A stretch of 64,000 nucleotides of DNA from an uncultured Methanosarcinaceae archaeon (GCA_963833425.1 CAWHXP010000014.1:1-64000); one strand, 5' to 3'. Positions 11,363 through 23,154 are shown, counted from the stretch's first letter. A program made the numbers and translations. Notes: a model not told the origin generated them from the letters alone.

Positions 11363-12367
11363 CTATTGGTTCTCATCCAATTGAATGCCATTTTTAATTT
11401 TTTGCATTCTCATAATTTTGATTTCAGTACCTGGAATTATAGATTGTTCAGGCTTCCCGAACCAGGGCAAAGAGGCAAGTGCTCCTATTATCCCATTACC
11501 TTCAAGCAGGATTTCCACGCCGTTATCCTCGATACAGTGCAAAGCGTCAGCTTTCGAGACCCGTTCAATTCGACAGCGATTGCTGAATCCGTATAGCTCC
11601 CTTGCATAGAAATCAGAGAGAACAACCATTCCAGTCTGTTCAGAGGCACTATATTTCTGAAGTGCTTTTTTGAAGGATTCTATTAACACTACTTTTGTTT
11701 TCTGGTCCACACAACCAAATTCAAGCACTGTAGACATGCAGTTTTGAGTTCTTTCTGGGACAGGGAAGAGCTGCACAAGAGAATGTGAGAGATAAACAGC
11801 TTCATGGCAATCCAGTTCCTTTGCTATATTATGAGTCAGGGTCCAGGTAGCACCTACATCCTTGGAATCTGTGTCATCGACACCTATGAGGATACGGTCT
11901 CTACGGGGTACCACAATAGTCCCTCTGGCGCATTTCTCTCCCCCGGACTCTGAAATCTTGTAACTGAGCACTCCATCCGCAAATGCTCTGCACCGGGTTG
12001 CACCTACACCTCCGCCTCCTAACCCGGTATAGGTGATCTCTACTTCATTTCCACGTATAAAAACGGATTCGATGCCTGCGGCTAAGACTGATGATTTGAG
12101 TTCAATTTTTGAGTCTCCGGTTTTCATGAAATAGCGGATCATATTCCCAGTTGAACGGGCTTTCAGGACAAGGGGCGCTTTTGAGTAATGGTAGAGGGAC
12201 CAAGCTGCTCCGCTGAAGCAGTTAGTGTGCTCGATTATTTCAGCATATTCATTTTTTGCATCACATACTGCATAAATGCCCTTGTAAGATACTGTATAAG
12301 GGTCATTAAGGCTTATTTCCTGAATATGTCTATTTTCAAGTGAACAGGCTTTTATAGATTTTGTAAT
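11363..12367 (-). CDS. mmp11: Methanogenesis marker protein 11 (TiaS N-terminal-like); start extended to ATT at 12367
   Basis: GLGGGGVGA, GVDDTD...GATW, VQLFPVPERTQNC; frame is open 75 codons upstream of the track ATG and encodes DPYTVSYKGIYAVCD...AEIIEH..C.SGAAW. Confidence 0.82.
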   Translation of the reverse strand: MTKSIKACSLENRHIQEISLNDPYTVSYKGIYAVCDAKNEYAEIIEHTNCFSGAAWSLYHYSKAPLVLKARSTGNMIRYFMKTGDSKIELKSSVLAAGIESVFIRGNEVEITYTGLGGGGVGATRCRAFADGVLSYKISESGGEKCARGTIVVPRRDRILIGVDDTDSKDVGATWTLTHNIAKELDCHEAVYLSHSLVQLFPVPERTQNCMSTVLEFGCVDQKTKVVLIESFKKALQKYSASEQTGMVVLSDFYARELYGFSNRCRIERVSKADALHCIEDNGVEILLEGNGIIGALASLPWFGKPEQSIIPGTEIKIMRMQKIKNGIQLDENQ

Positions 12368-12447
12368 TCGGAAAACCTCCTTTTTAAGAGAGATCGGAAG
12401 TGAGAGGAAAATTAGTTTGATCTAAAAGCTATTTGTGGTAGATATAT

Positions 12448-12588
12448 CCCACTTCTTGCAGATGTACACAAGAATGCCATATATTTTCTCAGCATGACCT
12501 TAGCTAAAAAATTAATCTAATTTTACTGAATTAATTGTAATCAAATAGGCAAACAAATTATTACATTGTACGTCTGTAGAATGTCGAA
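12448..12588 (+). mobile_element. MITE family B, copy 3
   Basis: CCCACTTCTTGCAGATGTACACA...TGTACGTCTGTAGAATGTCGAA; TATAT on both flanks. Confidence 0.8.
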
Positions 12589-12605
12589 TATATAACTATT
12601 GTATA

Positions 12606-12693
12606 GACGATTTCGATAGACTCCTAAATTTCATCATATGCTTATAGATGTATATAAATGACTCGTGAAAGTAAGAGGTTCACCGCAATGCTC
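12606..12693. mobile_element. MITE family A, copy 2
   Basis: GACGATTTCGATAGAC...GTTCACCGCAATGCTC with TATA flanks; interior matches copy at 43790. Confidence 0.75.
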
Positions 12694-13155
12694 TATATTT
12701 AGTGAATATTATAAATTAAATGGATCTCCTAAATTTAATAAGTTAGATAAGGTCAATTTTATGAACCAAATGGAATTCATAAAAAATATCTAATTATGAC
12801 ATTTGGTAGTATAACATCTGAAACAGATTTCCAGCTCAAATTTTAATAAAATAAAGCACTTTAGATTGATAAATTGGTATATATAATCGGGAACTATTAC
12901 AAATTTACTAACAAATGTTTTAACTCATCCGACTGAAAATTCCAAAAAAAAGTTTGTATACATCTTCAAGCATGTCAATTCAAAGAGGTAACATCTTTCT
13001 ACCATTTTCTTGGTTACTATCATATTCTCTTTGTTCTGACTTCGATCTCTATAGGGTAAAAAAGGGTATACAAAGCAACTAATTGTTTTGGTCGCTTTTT
13101 CGGTTGCTTTTTTTTGTTGCTTTCTTTCAATAGTGTATGGTTTATAGAATTTTTA

Positions 13156-13294
13156 TCCACTTTCAGCAGATGTAACAAAATATCATCTCTTTTTTCAATA
13201 TGAAGGTAGCTTAAAAATTAATCCAACTTTTAACGAATAGTATAGGGTAAATAATTATAAATTGTATTTCTGCGCACATCTGCAGAATGTCGGC
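13156..13294 (+). mobile_element. MITE family B, copy 4
   Basis: TCCACTTTCAGCAGATGTA...GCACATCTGCAGAATGTCGGC; TTTTTA on both flanks. Confidence 0.8.
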
Positions 13295-14029
13295 TTTTTA
13301 TAATGGATTAAATGATAGTTTAGTGTATTGATAGTAATCAGAATAAAATATTAAAAAAATAATTAATTTAGTTATTCGTATAATCTTTTATGTACTTGAA
13401 TACTCAAGCACTCGTTGGAGTAATAAATATTTTCCGGAATCTCAAATCAGTTCTATTTAGGATTCTGTGTGGCTTTTTCAGTCAGATAGCGCTTAAAATC
13501 CTTCGATTGCTGATTTCATAGATCTTTTCAAGATTTTTGTTGATATACGTGACAATGAAAAAAAATCAAAATTACACACATAACCGATGCTACGATTTAA
13601 ATAGTCATGTATTAAATTGTTGAAGATGTATATGCTCAAATATGTGATTATTAATTTGTTTTAAGCTATAGAATAGCTCTTTATATCTGACATAATTAAG
13701 GCTCTTGCTATCCAAGATCTACCTTGATAATGATTTATAATCTCTTATTTTAATGTAAATTATTTATCTGCTCTGGTAGAAATCCTATTACCAATTTATT
13801 TTTTAATAATTTTTATTACAATAAATTATTATTCGAAAATATCGCTCTGATTGCGGCTTTGTACAAACTACAAATTTGATTTTTATCGTAACTAGTGAAT
13901 ACTACCCAATTTAAATAATAATGTTTATGGGAAAAAAATTTTAGTAAATAATGTTATTTGAAAAAAGATATGAGGCAAGTTTGGTCAAATAAAATCCTTT
14001 TTTAGGGATATGATTCACACAGATTTATG

Positions 14030-14260
14030 CCACAGTTATTACCTTTATTATATTTTCCTCTTCATCAAGTTCGCCATTAACTTAACAAATTTGCGGCAAA
14101 AAAATTCAAGGTAATAGTTCAGTTCCCATGGATATTCATATTCATATTTTAGCAGATCTTCTCTGTCCCATGTCTGAAGATATTAATCTGGGCCTTCAAT
14201 TTTGCTTCCGATTCGCCCTTTTTTGCATAAACAAATCCATCTAAAATTTCCGTAAAATGA
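14030..14260 (-). pseudogene. Decayed small hypothetical gene
   Basis: Behind SD GGAGG: EILDGFVYAKKGRIGSKIEGPD*YLQTWDRE...YYLEFFCRKFVK with a stop and frameshift; no canonical start. Confidence 0.4.
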
Positions 14261-14779
14261 TCCTCCTTTTGATATGCAGTTTCAGCTTAAAAAATATCAA
14301 AGTTGAGATGGCGCGAACATAACAGATAGCTTGCGACGGAATGAGGCACTTATCTGGCTATGAAGTGATATTAGAGGGCTTTAGGGGTGATGCAATTCGT
14401 AACTAATGCAGATTTTTTGTGAAAAATATTTATGAGAGAGATTCATTAAAACAAAGATTTAGCCAGCCAATAAATTTATATTGGTATTGCACATTATTGT
14501 ATTCACAGGTAAGATCCATCAAAAATGAGAATAAAATTTTGGAAGGATCTACTACTACTTTTATGCTACAATAATTCGCGAGTAAGATCCTTAAATTAAG
14601 GGTTATAATGTTAAATGTAAGCAGTGCGGGCATGAATCGTATGTTGATGTATATACCGCAGAGAATTCAACATTTGAGCCAATAAAATTAAGCCACATGT
14701 GTTTTTGCATCTTATTTTTGTGTGGTGACGTGGAAACGGTGCTTTATATAAGAATATATTCTATCTTGGAATTGTATAG

Positions 14780-14992
14780 GTGATGGACATGAATATAGAC
14801 AAAAAAAGCTTTCTAAGGGAATTAGGATTTTGGCAAGAAGTTGCGATTGTTGAGGACTGTAGATGCTCATTTTGTACGGAAAGAGTAGACGAAGATGAAT
14901 TCAGAAACGAAGTGTTCATGAGGGAATTCGAGAGTTCTGGGCTGTGTCAAGGATGTCAGGACACGGTTTTCGGATATAAGGTAGCATGGTGA
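14780..14992 (+). CDS. Small Cys-rich protein (CxxC...CxxC), putative zinc-binding
   Basis: CSFC and CQGC pairs; TATA-like CTTTATATA at 14741; coding-like composition inside AT-rich surroundings. Confidence 0.65.
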   Translation: MMDMNIDKKSFLRELGFWQEVAIVEDCRCSFCTERVDEDEFRNEVFMREFESSGLCQGCQDTVFGYKVAW

Positions 14993-15690
14993 TATATCAG
15001 TTTTGCGATTGGAGCATTTGAAATCCTTGTTTTTAATATGCTACAAGCATGAAAAATTTCGATTTACTCTGATTTTTTTTCTTCGTAGAAATTTTGAAAT
15101 CTTTTTCGGCAAATCGGTTCATTTTTTTATTAATATCTAACTCTTCAAAAATATGGGATCTCGATTCATATTTTCTTATGTTTGTTGCAGTACATTCTCT
15201 TGGTTATAATTCGAGTCGGAAAAATCAATATGATATTCGAAGTTGGCATATAACTCGTTAACCGATGGTAAATAAAATAGATAGTATATTGAGCATGAAA
15301 GTTAGAGATAATAGTATTCCAATGAAGCTACAACGAATTCTTCTAACCAAATCTCCATTGTCTTTTTAAACTTCATTTATTTTACCTCATTTTATTTTTC
15401 ACCTCATTAAGCTTTACACCAAAGATATGGTTTGTGTCATTAAAAGAGCTTTAAAAAGAAAGCCTATAGCATTATCATAGATTATTTTAGCCAACTGAGA
15501 AGGACATGCTGTCAATGAGCAAAGTAAGTTATTTTTGACGAAAAGAAATATCCCTATTGAATGGGAGCAACATTTTAGGGATATTATGAAAAGTAAAATG
15601 TTAGGTAAAATATATTTTTATTTGTTTTTGTATATCATTCAAAAATTATAATATTTTTGTAACTGGGTTTTGAAAGGTGGTTAAAGTTTT

Positions 15691-16650
15691 TTGATACAAG
15701 AAATAAAAAAATAAAATATTAAATGAATTTCAAATTAAAAAAGAAGATGCTATTCGATTGATTAATGTTGATTTAGAGAAACTGAGCAATGCTTCCAATG
15801 AGTTGCGTCAGCATTTCTGTGGCAAAGTCTTTGATATTTGTGCAAGTATCAATGGAAAAAACGGAAGCTGTTCAGAAAATTGCAAATTTTGTGCACAGGC
15901 AGTTCATTATAAGGTTTCAATAGAGGACTATCCTCTTTTTGATTGTAAGAAATTATTGAAAGATGTGATTTACAATTGTGAGAAAGTATAATGAGATATT
16001 CTGTGGTAACATCAGGGAAAAAGCTGGCTGAGGACAATTGGAAAGCGTTTGTAACAGTTACAGTGAAATCAAAAAAAAGTCTAATATTTCTTTATGTGTA
16101 TCTCACGGCTTATTATCTTTAGAAAAGTTGATCAAATTAAAAAATGTAGGGTGCAAAGATATCATAACAATTTAGAAACTTCACGCAGAAATTTTCCTAA
16201 CATCTGCACCACACTCATACCTATGAAGATAAAATAAACACTATAAAAGCAGCACAAAAAGCAGGACTTGAAGTATGCATTGATGGCATTATAGGACTTG
16301 GTGAAACAATGGAAAATCGCATTGATATGGCTGTGGATATTCGGGAATTGGGTATCAAATCGGTTCCTGTAAATATTTGGAATCCAATCCCGAAAACACC
16401 ATATTGGAAGCTTCCTGTGCTGAAAGCTGATGAAGTACACCAAACAGTGGCAATGTTTCTCTTTATTTTACCCGATGCAGCTATTCGATTAGCAGGGGGT
16501 AGAAATCTGATGGCAGATAAAGGTAGATTACTATTTCTTTCAGGTGCTAATGCTGCTATATCTGGAGATATGCTTACAACTTCAGGAATCATCATGATGA
16601 TGATATTAAAATAATTAAAGAGCTTAAATTTGATATAAAGATGCCGTGAG
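15691..16650 (+). pseudogene. bioB: Biotin synthase pseudogene
   Basis: [63 protein letters not shown] split over several frames with stops. Confidence 0.9.
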
Positions 16651-17207
16651 TAAAGATTTTGTCTGAAAATTAGATCAATTTTGGTAAACTTATTGTTTGT
16701 AAATGTCGAAATAAAATGTCTCAACCACGGATTAACTTTACTTTTTGTGGAATAGATCTGATGCCCATCTATTTTTTCCGTTTTTTTCAATATCATGCTG
16801 AGCCTAATCCAATCTAACAGCAACATTTTGACTTCGTAGGATAGAGTTATTATAATAAAATATATTTCTTTTTTTCCAATTTGAATAAAAAAGATTCTAT
16901 AATTGTCCTATAATTCCGGATAAAAATGAAAAATGCATAGTTTTCCCAAAAAAACCATGTTTTGGTGATACAAATAAAATAGAAACTTTGTCAACATAAC
17001 CATTGACTTTCATTCTGTTATATTTCACAAATCTTTGAACACTGTCCTTGCTGATTGATAGCAACTAAACTCACAGTGGAATTAATTAAATTAAAATTAT
17101 ATTTTTTATATTATACTAAATATCTAAAATTGTTAAATATCATGAAACCTTTAATTATTGTGGAGTAATTCAATCACGTGTATGAATAGTTTTGGAAGGC
17201 GAACAAA

Positions 17208-17576
17208 ATGAATGACAATAATGAAGATAAGTTTAAGTTTAAACTTGGTAAATGGGTTCTACTCAGAGATGAATGTGTTTTTACTAGTTTAGAAGGTCGT
17301 GGAAAGAGTACATCTATTCACCAATATTTAATTAAATCGATTGATAATTGGGTCAATAAAAAAGAAGATTTCTCAATACAAGAATTTGTTGCAGAAATGT
17401 GTGAGTTTATTAAGAGCAAGAATGAAGATATTTACTTCCATTTAATGGAGAAATGCGCTTTAAAAGGAATAAGCGTGGGAGATGGTATATTTGAAGCATT
17501 AAGCATGTGTCAGTGTGAAGAAGCAATAAGTAATTTACAATGTGGAACAGAAAAAGATGAATCTTCTAATTTATGA
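17208..17576 (+). CDS. Hypothetical protein, paralog of 26910-27275
   Basis: Clean ORF with upstream TTTAATTA box; aligns end to end with 26910-27275. Confidence 0.75.
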   Translation: MNDNNEDKFKFKLGKWVLLRDECVFTSLEGRGKSTSIHQYLIKSIDNWVNKKEDFSIQEFVAEMCEFIKSKNEDIYFHLMEKCALKGISVGDGIFEALSMCQCEEAISNLQCGTEKDESSNL

Positions 17577-18871
17577 TGTCTTGAGATATAGTTTTCTCCA
17601 TTTCGTGATTTCAGTTTATAACCTGACTGATCAGCAACTTAAAGCATATTTAGTGTTGACAGCAGGTACCAACATGTCAAGTATCGATGTTCACTTATAC
17701 GGCACAGAAATTGATAATATCATTTTAAAATATAGTGGGTTAGCTGCCGGGGGCCAGATGAAGAAAATATATTAAAAGAGTTAAATGTACTAGATGTAGG
17801 AAATTCAGACATTAAAGTATCATTTTGTTTTAAATGTGGATTTCATTTGACTCAGAAAACTGCAAAAATTATGTAAACTATAAATACCGACTCTTTTCAA
17901 CTAAAATAGACTCTTTTCAACTGAAGTATTTAAATGAAATCCGAGAAATAAAAATTGCATTAAAACAAAAACTTGAAAAAATCTCTAAGTAAGAGTAGAT
18001 AATCAAAAATAGAAGTTTTTTAACAGTGTCGCAGATTTGCTGTAAATTCAAAGTTAAATTTTTGCATACTTTATGCGATTAGATGTTTTAAATATGTGAT
18101 TTTTTTTCAATAAAGCTTTTAATTATGTCAAAAGTTGTACTCCACTCACAGTTTCAATGTCATTCCCATCAATTCAAATTTACAATCCAAAGGCTTTTTT
18201 AAACTAATAGTATTTTTTTAAAGGTTTTTTTGCTGCGGTACTTTTTATAATCTTCCTCACTGTGTGGGAAAATGTTTTGGTTCAACAACTAGCAGATGTA
18301 ACTACTACCATCAATACAGATTGCATAAAAATCAAAACAGTATCTTTTCCCAATTTCAGGCATATATTTATTAAATAGTTAATTATGTCATTATCAAAAT
18401 GAAATTTTTTATGATAATTCATACAAAAAACAATTTTATACCCTATTTCATAGACTCAATGGTTTTGCATGCTGTAGTTCCATTTAATGGCACTATGGCG
18501 ACTAAAAATATATCGCAATGTTAATAACGGTTAGCTAGGAAGTTTTCATCCCGCAGCAAGCTGTAGTTTATTCGACTTAATTAAATGGATGTGAATAAAA
18601 TTTATCAAAATATTTCAGGCAGGAGTATGAGACCTTAAGCTATCAGTGAGATACAACATTACAAAGAGATAAAAGACAGCAGAGACTCTGGTAAAAATAG
18701 AGGTCTTATTCATTAGTTTCTAAAAATAATAATTATAAGATTCTTTCAACGTTTTCCAAAAATGGCAAATCATTCGTTTTCAAATCTGATCAACGACTCA
18801 ATGACACAACCTAAGAAGTGACAAGATTAAACGAGAATCTGTATACCCACTCCCTAATAAATCTGTCTTTT

Positions 18872-20449
18872 TCAGTAAACTGTTTCCTCTTTTGTTTTCA
18901 TATTATACGCTCTATATTCATCACCTTTTTTATCCTGGAGGTAGATGTACTCGTATTCCGGATAATTTATCCTTTTTCTATACTCTTGACTGGCTTCAGC
19001 TTGGCAACTGTCACAGGAGTAGATTGGAACAGAAATTCCGAAAATTCTGATATCTTTTATGCTCTTATGGGCGTGGGAATCTATTGTTATATAACCCTGG
19101 CAGTTGGGGCACATTCTAATTGTTTCTTCCTGAAGTTCTTGAATCATATCAGTGTCATAGAAGATATTTTTTTTTCGGCGGTAAAAATCCCCATGTTTTG
19201 CTATCTCTGTCTCCACAAGCCTGTCGCTATTTTTAAAGTTTTTGAGTTGGGTTGTAACAATTTCCTCCAGCATCTGTCTGTCCCTAGCAGCCTGAACGAA
19301 CATTCCTGGCTGATAGTCGGGTTCTTTGACACAGGAGTAGTCAAGTCCCGCCATGGCAAGGATTATGCCGGTGTTCACATATGGCAATGCACTCTGGATT
19401 GCGTAGCCCCCTTCGAGCACCGCTATATCAGGGGCAAGTTTTTCGTTCAATTTTGCATATCCCTGTGCAGAAAAGCGCATGTTTGCAAGAGGGTCTGTAT
19501 AATGATTGTCCTGTCCCGCAGAATTAAGTACAATTTCAGGCTTGAAATCGTCAAGAATTGGTAGTACAAGGGAATCAAGCACGTAGAGGATACCTTCGTC
19601 TGGAGTTGCAGGAGGCAAAGGGATATTAATTGTTTTTCCAAGAGACTGTGGACCTCCTAGTTCATTTATGAAACCTGATCCGGGATAAAGTGTCCTTCCA
19701 TCCTGGTGAAAAGAGATAAAAAGCACATCAGGGTCGTTATAAAATATATCCTGTGTTCCATCCCCGTGGTGAACGTCAGTATCTATTATTGCAATTCTAC
19801 GGATCCCATATTTTTTTCTCAGGTATTCAACCAAAATAGCTTCGTTATTGATATTACAAAAACCACGGTTACCGTGCACTACTGTCATTGCATGATGACC
19901 AGGTGGGCGAACAAGGGCAAAAGCATTTTTTATCTCTCCTGTCATCAAAGCGTCTGCAAGAACCAGGCAACTACCTGCAGCTATCAGGTGAGGGATTGTA
20001 GCCTGGGTTTTTATATCAGGAACACATATATGGACTCTGGCAATATCTCTGTAATCCGCAAGGCGAGGTTTATATTCGACTACTTCAAGCAGATCCATAA
20101 TTCCTTCTTCGAAAATTTGATCCCTAGTATAAAGGAGGCGCTCTTCTCTTTCAGGATGAGTTGGAGAAATAGCCCAATCGAAAGCAGGGAAAAAAACAAT
20201 GCCTGTTTTTTCTACTTTAGTACGGTCTGTTGGAGACAAACATCCCTTTTCAAGCTCCTGTCCGGTTCCTTTTAGATCTATTTGAATTTCCCCTACAGCT
20301 TCAGACTTTTTTTCACGACTCACTATCTTTTGGATTTTTGATTCGTTTGCTTGCCTTTCCACCGTTAAACGCTCTTTTTTATCCCATCTAACATTTTTTT
20401 CAGTTTCGCTTTTCAATATATCCTTAATCTTTCCAAGCCCTAATTTCAT
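18872..20449 (-). CDS. Histone deacetylase-family Zn amidohydrolase
   Basis: RPPGHHA, GFC, DTDVHHGDGTQ, SAGQD, EGGY; C-terminal CPNC/CDSC; start placed at the ATGA overlap with the upstream stop. Confidence 0.9.
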   Translation of the reverse strand: MKLGLGKIKDILKSETEKNVRWDKKERLTVERQANESKIQKIVSREKKSEAVGEIQIDLKGTGQELEKGCLSPTDRTKVEKTGIVFFPAFDWAISPTHPEREERLLYTRDQIFEEGIMDLLEVVEYKPRLADYRDIARVHICVPDIKTQATIPHLIAAGSCLVLADALMTGEIKNAFALVRPPGHHAMTVVHGNRGFCNINNEAILVEYLRKKYGIRRIAIIDTDVHHGDGTQDIFYNDPDVLFISFHQDGRTLYPGSGFINELGGPQSLGKTINIPLPPATPDEGILYVLDSLVLPILDDFKPEIVLNSAGQDNHYTDPLANMRFSAQGYAKLNEKLAPDIAVLEGGYAIQSALPYVNTGIILAMAGLDYSCVKEPDYQPGMFVQAARDRQMLEEIVTTQLKNFKNSDRLVETEIAKHGDFYRRKKNIFYDTDMIQELQEETIRMCPNCQGYITIDSHAHKSIKDIRIFGISVPIYSCDSCQAEASQEYRKRINYPEYEYIYLQDKKGDEYRAYNMKTKEETVY

Positions 20450-22158
20450 TCTTTCTCCATCCTTTTCCATTCTGGTATTAGGCCTGCCGGAATCTGCATT
20501 TCTACATCAAAAAGTCTCCCCACGGTGTTCCAGCCACTGACGATGTTAAAAACTTCACTATTAACAACCTCAGCTTCGTTAGCATACTCTAAAATCCCAA
20601 ATTTTTCTAAACGTTTCCGGAAAAGTTTTGCAGCAAGTACTTCAGCTTCATCTAAACCGATCTTGTTGGAATTGCTGATACTTGTTACGTCACAGCTGAC
20701 AATTTCTCCCTCTTCAGCGATTGAATATAGTTTCTGCTCGGTATCTATATGAAGGTTTAAAGTAAGTGTAGGCCTTGCAACAGCTACTCCTATAGCATTG
20801 CCTACCTCTGCATAATCAGGAATAAAAGATTTTGCACCAAGTTTGTCTGCAATTTCTTTAATAAGACTTCTTGCCCCCCCTCCTATTCCTACCACTTTTT
20901 GTGGCCTTGCTTTTTTCTCTTGCAGAATCTCCCATATACTATAAGCAGGCTCCTGTTTCCATTCAAAGAACATATCATTGACTGCTTCAACAATCATTTG
21001 CGTTGTTTTATCTACTATAAGGGCTGCGGTTTCAATTTCGGATTTCCCAAGTACGGACGCTATGGATGTAATTGCTTCTTTTGCTTGTTTGAGATTTCCA
21101 ATCTCAATAAGCCCGAGAACTCTCAGGGCATCAGTTGGAGTAGTCTTCTCTCCACCCATACAGTAAGCAGGCCCTGCCCTTTCAGGGCCGATAGTTATCC
21201 AATTTGTACTGCTGTTCGAGTCCACTACTCTCACAACACTGTCTCCTCCCACAGCTATAGAACGGACTGCAAAAGACCTGACGTGTGTTAGGAAGCCTCC
21301 AATTTTTGCGCCTTTAGAAGCAAAAAGGGGTTTTCCTGAAAGGATCAACGCAAGATCTGTAGTAGTTCCTCCTATATCTACTACCACTGATGTTTCCCCT
21401 TCCGGGCTAAGGGCAAGGGCTCCGATCATGCTAGCAGCTGGGCCCGAGAAAATAGTTTCCACAGATAATTCGATTGATTTTTTAATTGGGAGAGCTCCTC
21501 CATCGGCTTTAAGAATATAGACTGGAGCTTTGATATTCCTCTCCTCAAGAGATGTTATAACGTCCTCAACAAATTTCTGATAGCGTGTCCTGGTGGAGGA
21601 TGTAAGCATTGCAGTTGCGATTCTTCTTGGGAAGTTCAGTTTTCCTGAAACTTTATGTCCGAGTTCCAGTTTGCAGTCCGGATATATTTCCTGGAATATT
21701 TCCTCAATCAAATGTTCATGAGAGGGATTTCTCTGCCCGAATTTGCTTACAACAGCAGCACTGGGAAATCCAAGCTTCCGGATCAAGTTCACTGTTTTTC
21801 TAGCCTCAGTTACATCCAAAGCCTGAATTTCTCTTCCCCTAAAATCTATAGCCCCTTTGAGATAAAAGCTGTCAGGAAAAGAATAACTTGCGGGGTTAAT
21901 ACCAGGTCCTGGAATTAGTAATAGGGCCACTCTATCAGTTTTACCCTCCGAGATGAGATTTGTTATCACGGTAGTGCTGAATACCACCCTTTCTATCTGC
22001 TTGGGGGAGATACCTCTGCTGATCGCATCAAGAGCTTCAAGCAGGGAGTTTAGGATATTTTCTGGCTCATTAGAAACCTTAGCAGTACTGCATACTTCTC
22101 CATTCTGGATAAGTACAGCATCCGTGGTGGTGCCACCGACATCGATTCCTATTAACAT
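20446..22158 (-). CDS. Hydantoinase/oxoprolinase A-family protein
   Basis: GIDVGGTTTD, STT..TN, ETIFSGPAAS, DIGGTTTD, GPERAGPA, TPTDAL, NAIG. Confidence 0.9.
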   Translation of the reverse strand: MLIGIDVGGTTTDAVLIQNGEVCSTAKVSNEPENILNSLLEALDAISRGISPKQIERVVFSTTVITNLISEGKTDRVALLLIPGPGINPASYSFPDSFYLKGAIDFRGREIQALDVTEARKTVNLIRKLGFPSAAVVSKFGQRNPSHEHLIEEIFQEIYPDCKLELGHKVSGKLNFPRRIATAMLTSSTRTRYQKFVEDVITSLEERNIKAPVYILKADGGALPIKKSIELSVETIFSGPAASMIGALALSPEGETSVVVDIGGTTTDLALILSGKPLFASKGAKIGGFLTHVRSFAVRSIAVGGDSVVRVVDSNSSTNWITIGPERAGPAYCMGGEKTTPTDALRVLGLIEIGNLKQAKEAITSIASVLGKSEIETAALIVDKTTQMIVEAVNDMFFEWKQEPAYSIWEILQEKKARPQKVVGIGGGARSLIKEIADKLGAKSFIPDYAEVGNAIGVAVARPTLTLNLHIDTEQKLYSIAEEGEIVSCDVTSISNSNKIGLDEAEVLAAKLFRKRLEKFGILEYANEAEVVNSEVFNIVSGWNTVGRLFDVEMQIPAGLIPEWKRMEKE

Positions 22159-23154
22159 TCAAGATTCGCCTTTCCTCACCTAAAGTTTTCTTTAAAACAA
22201 GATAAAGTTAAGTTTCTAATATGTCTGAATATAAGATCATCACTAGTCGTAAGGGCTCTGGAAAAATTGCTCTTGCACAGCAATTTTCTAGAAATTACAA
22301 AAGCGATTATGGTTATTTGTTAGCTATTGAAATGAATAATTAATATGGGAAATTACTACGTAAATTTTCAGATTTTTTTAATATGGAATCAAGCTCGTTA
22401 TTTGTAAATAAAACTATTGCGTATGTATGGAAATATTCTATTATAACTTCATGCATGAATATATTATTAGATACTAACAAATATCTTCATTCGAAAACTT
22501 ATTCCGATATAAGGAGATCTCTTATGAAAGAGGGCATACTTAAGAAAGAGGCTTCTGAACTACTTCTTCGTACTTCAGAAAATATTATTAAATTGATGAT
22601 AGATAGAAGGGGAGAATATTTATCGGATATTCTTAAGTCCACTAATACTTATTTTTCTGAAAGGGGATACAAAGCTGCTAAAAGCTCATTTGAAGAGATT
22701 TTGTAATTTTCGAAGGGCATTCTAGTAATATTTGATCGAGTTTCATCCTTGATATGCAGTCTTTTAAAAATTTCAAAAATTCTTTTTCCGAATATTGAGG
22801 ATAATTCCAAAATGATCGGAGGTCCCAGTCTTTATTTTTCAGTGATTTTTTTTGCAATTTCGGTTAGGTGTTTGCCTGGTAAAGGATCATTACAGTTCGT
22901 TTTCAGAAAGCTGGTGGTCATCTTCTCAGCCTGTGCTTGTTTGAACTCTATAAAGGCTACAGAAAGCAATTTCATTCATTCTCATATGCCTTTTTCTGCA
23001 TAAAAAAGATTAAAATAATGGTGAAAAGAGCTGCTTTATTTGGAAAATGCAAAAGATTCTATTTTTGAAAATTGAGAATGCAAAGAGATAAACACTGAGG
23101 AAGGAAATAATATTACAGAGGAAAATTTCAACAAACTTTCTCAGGGAGTTTATT

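Noticed and set aside
13085..13125. Three ~12-bp TTTTGGTTGCTT-like units
   Set aside because: Short, degenerate and low complexity; probably a relic of a decayed gene
17889..17928. 20-bp tandem repeat GACTCTTTTCAACT(A/G)AA(A/G)TA as a mini-CRISPR
   Set aside because: Only two adjacent units, no spacer and no cas genes
18548..18585. CCCGCAGCAAGCTGTAG..ATTCGACT resembling an IS200/IS605-type end hairpin
   Set aside because: Single degenerate copy; no partner end or transposase recognised
18819..20275. Long antisense ORFs over the HDAC gene (and similar ones over iorA, lon, lig, hom, ino1)
   Set aside because: Shadow frames of well-supported opposite-strand genes with no recognisable motifs
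22383..23003. ORFs of 107 and 84 aa between hydantoinase and ligase
   Set aside because: No recognisable motif; may be a decayed regulator but I cannot support a call
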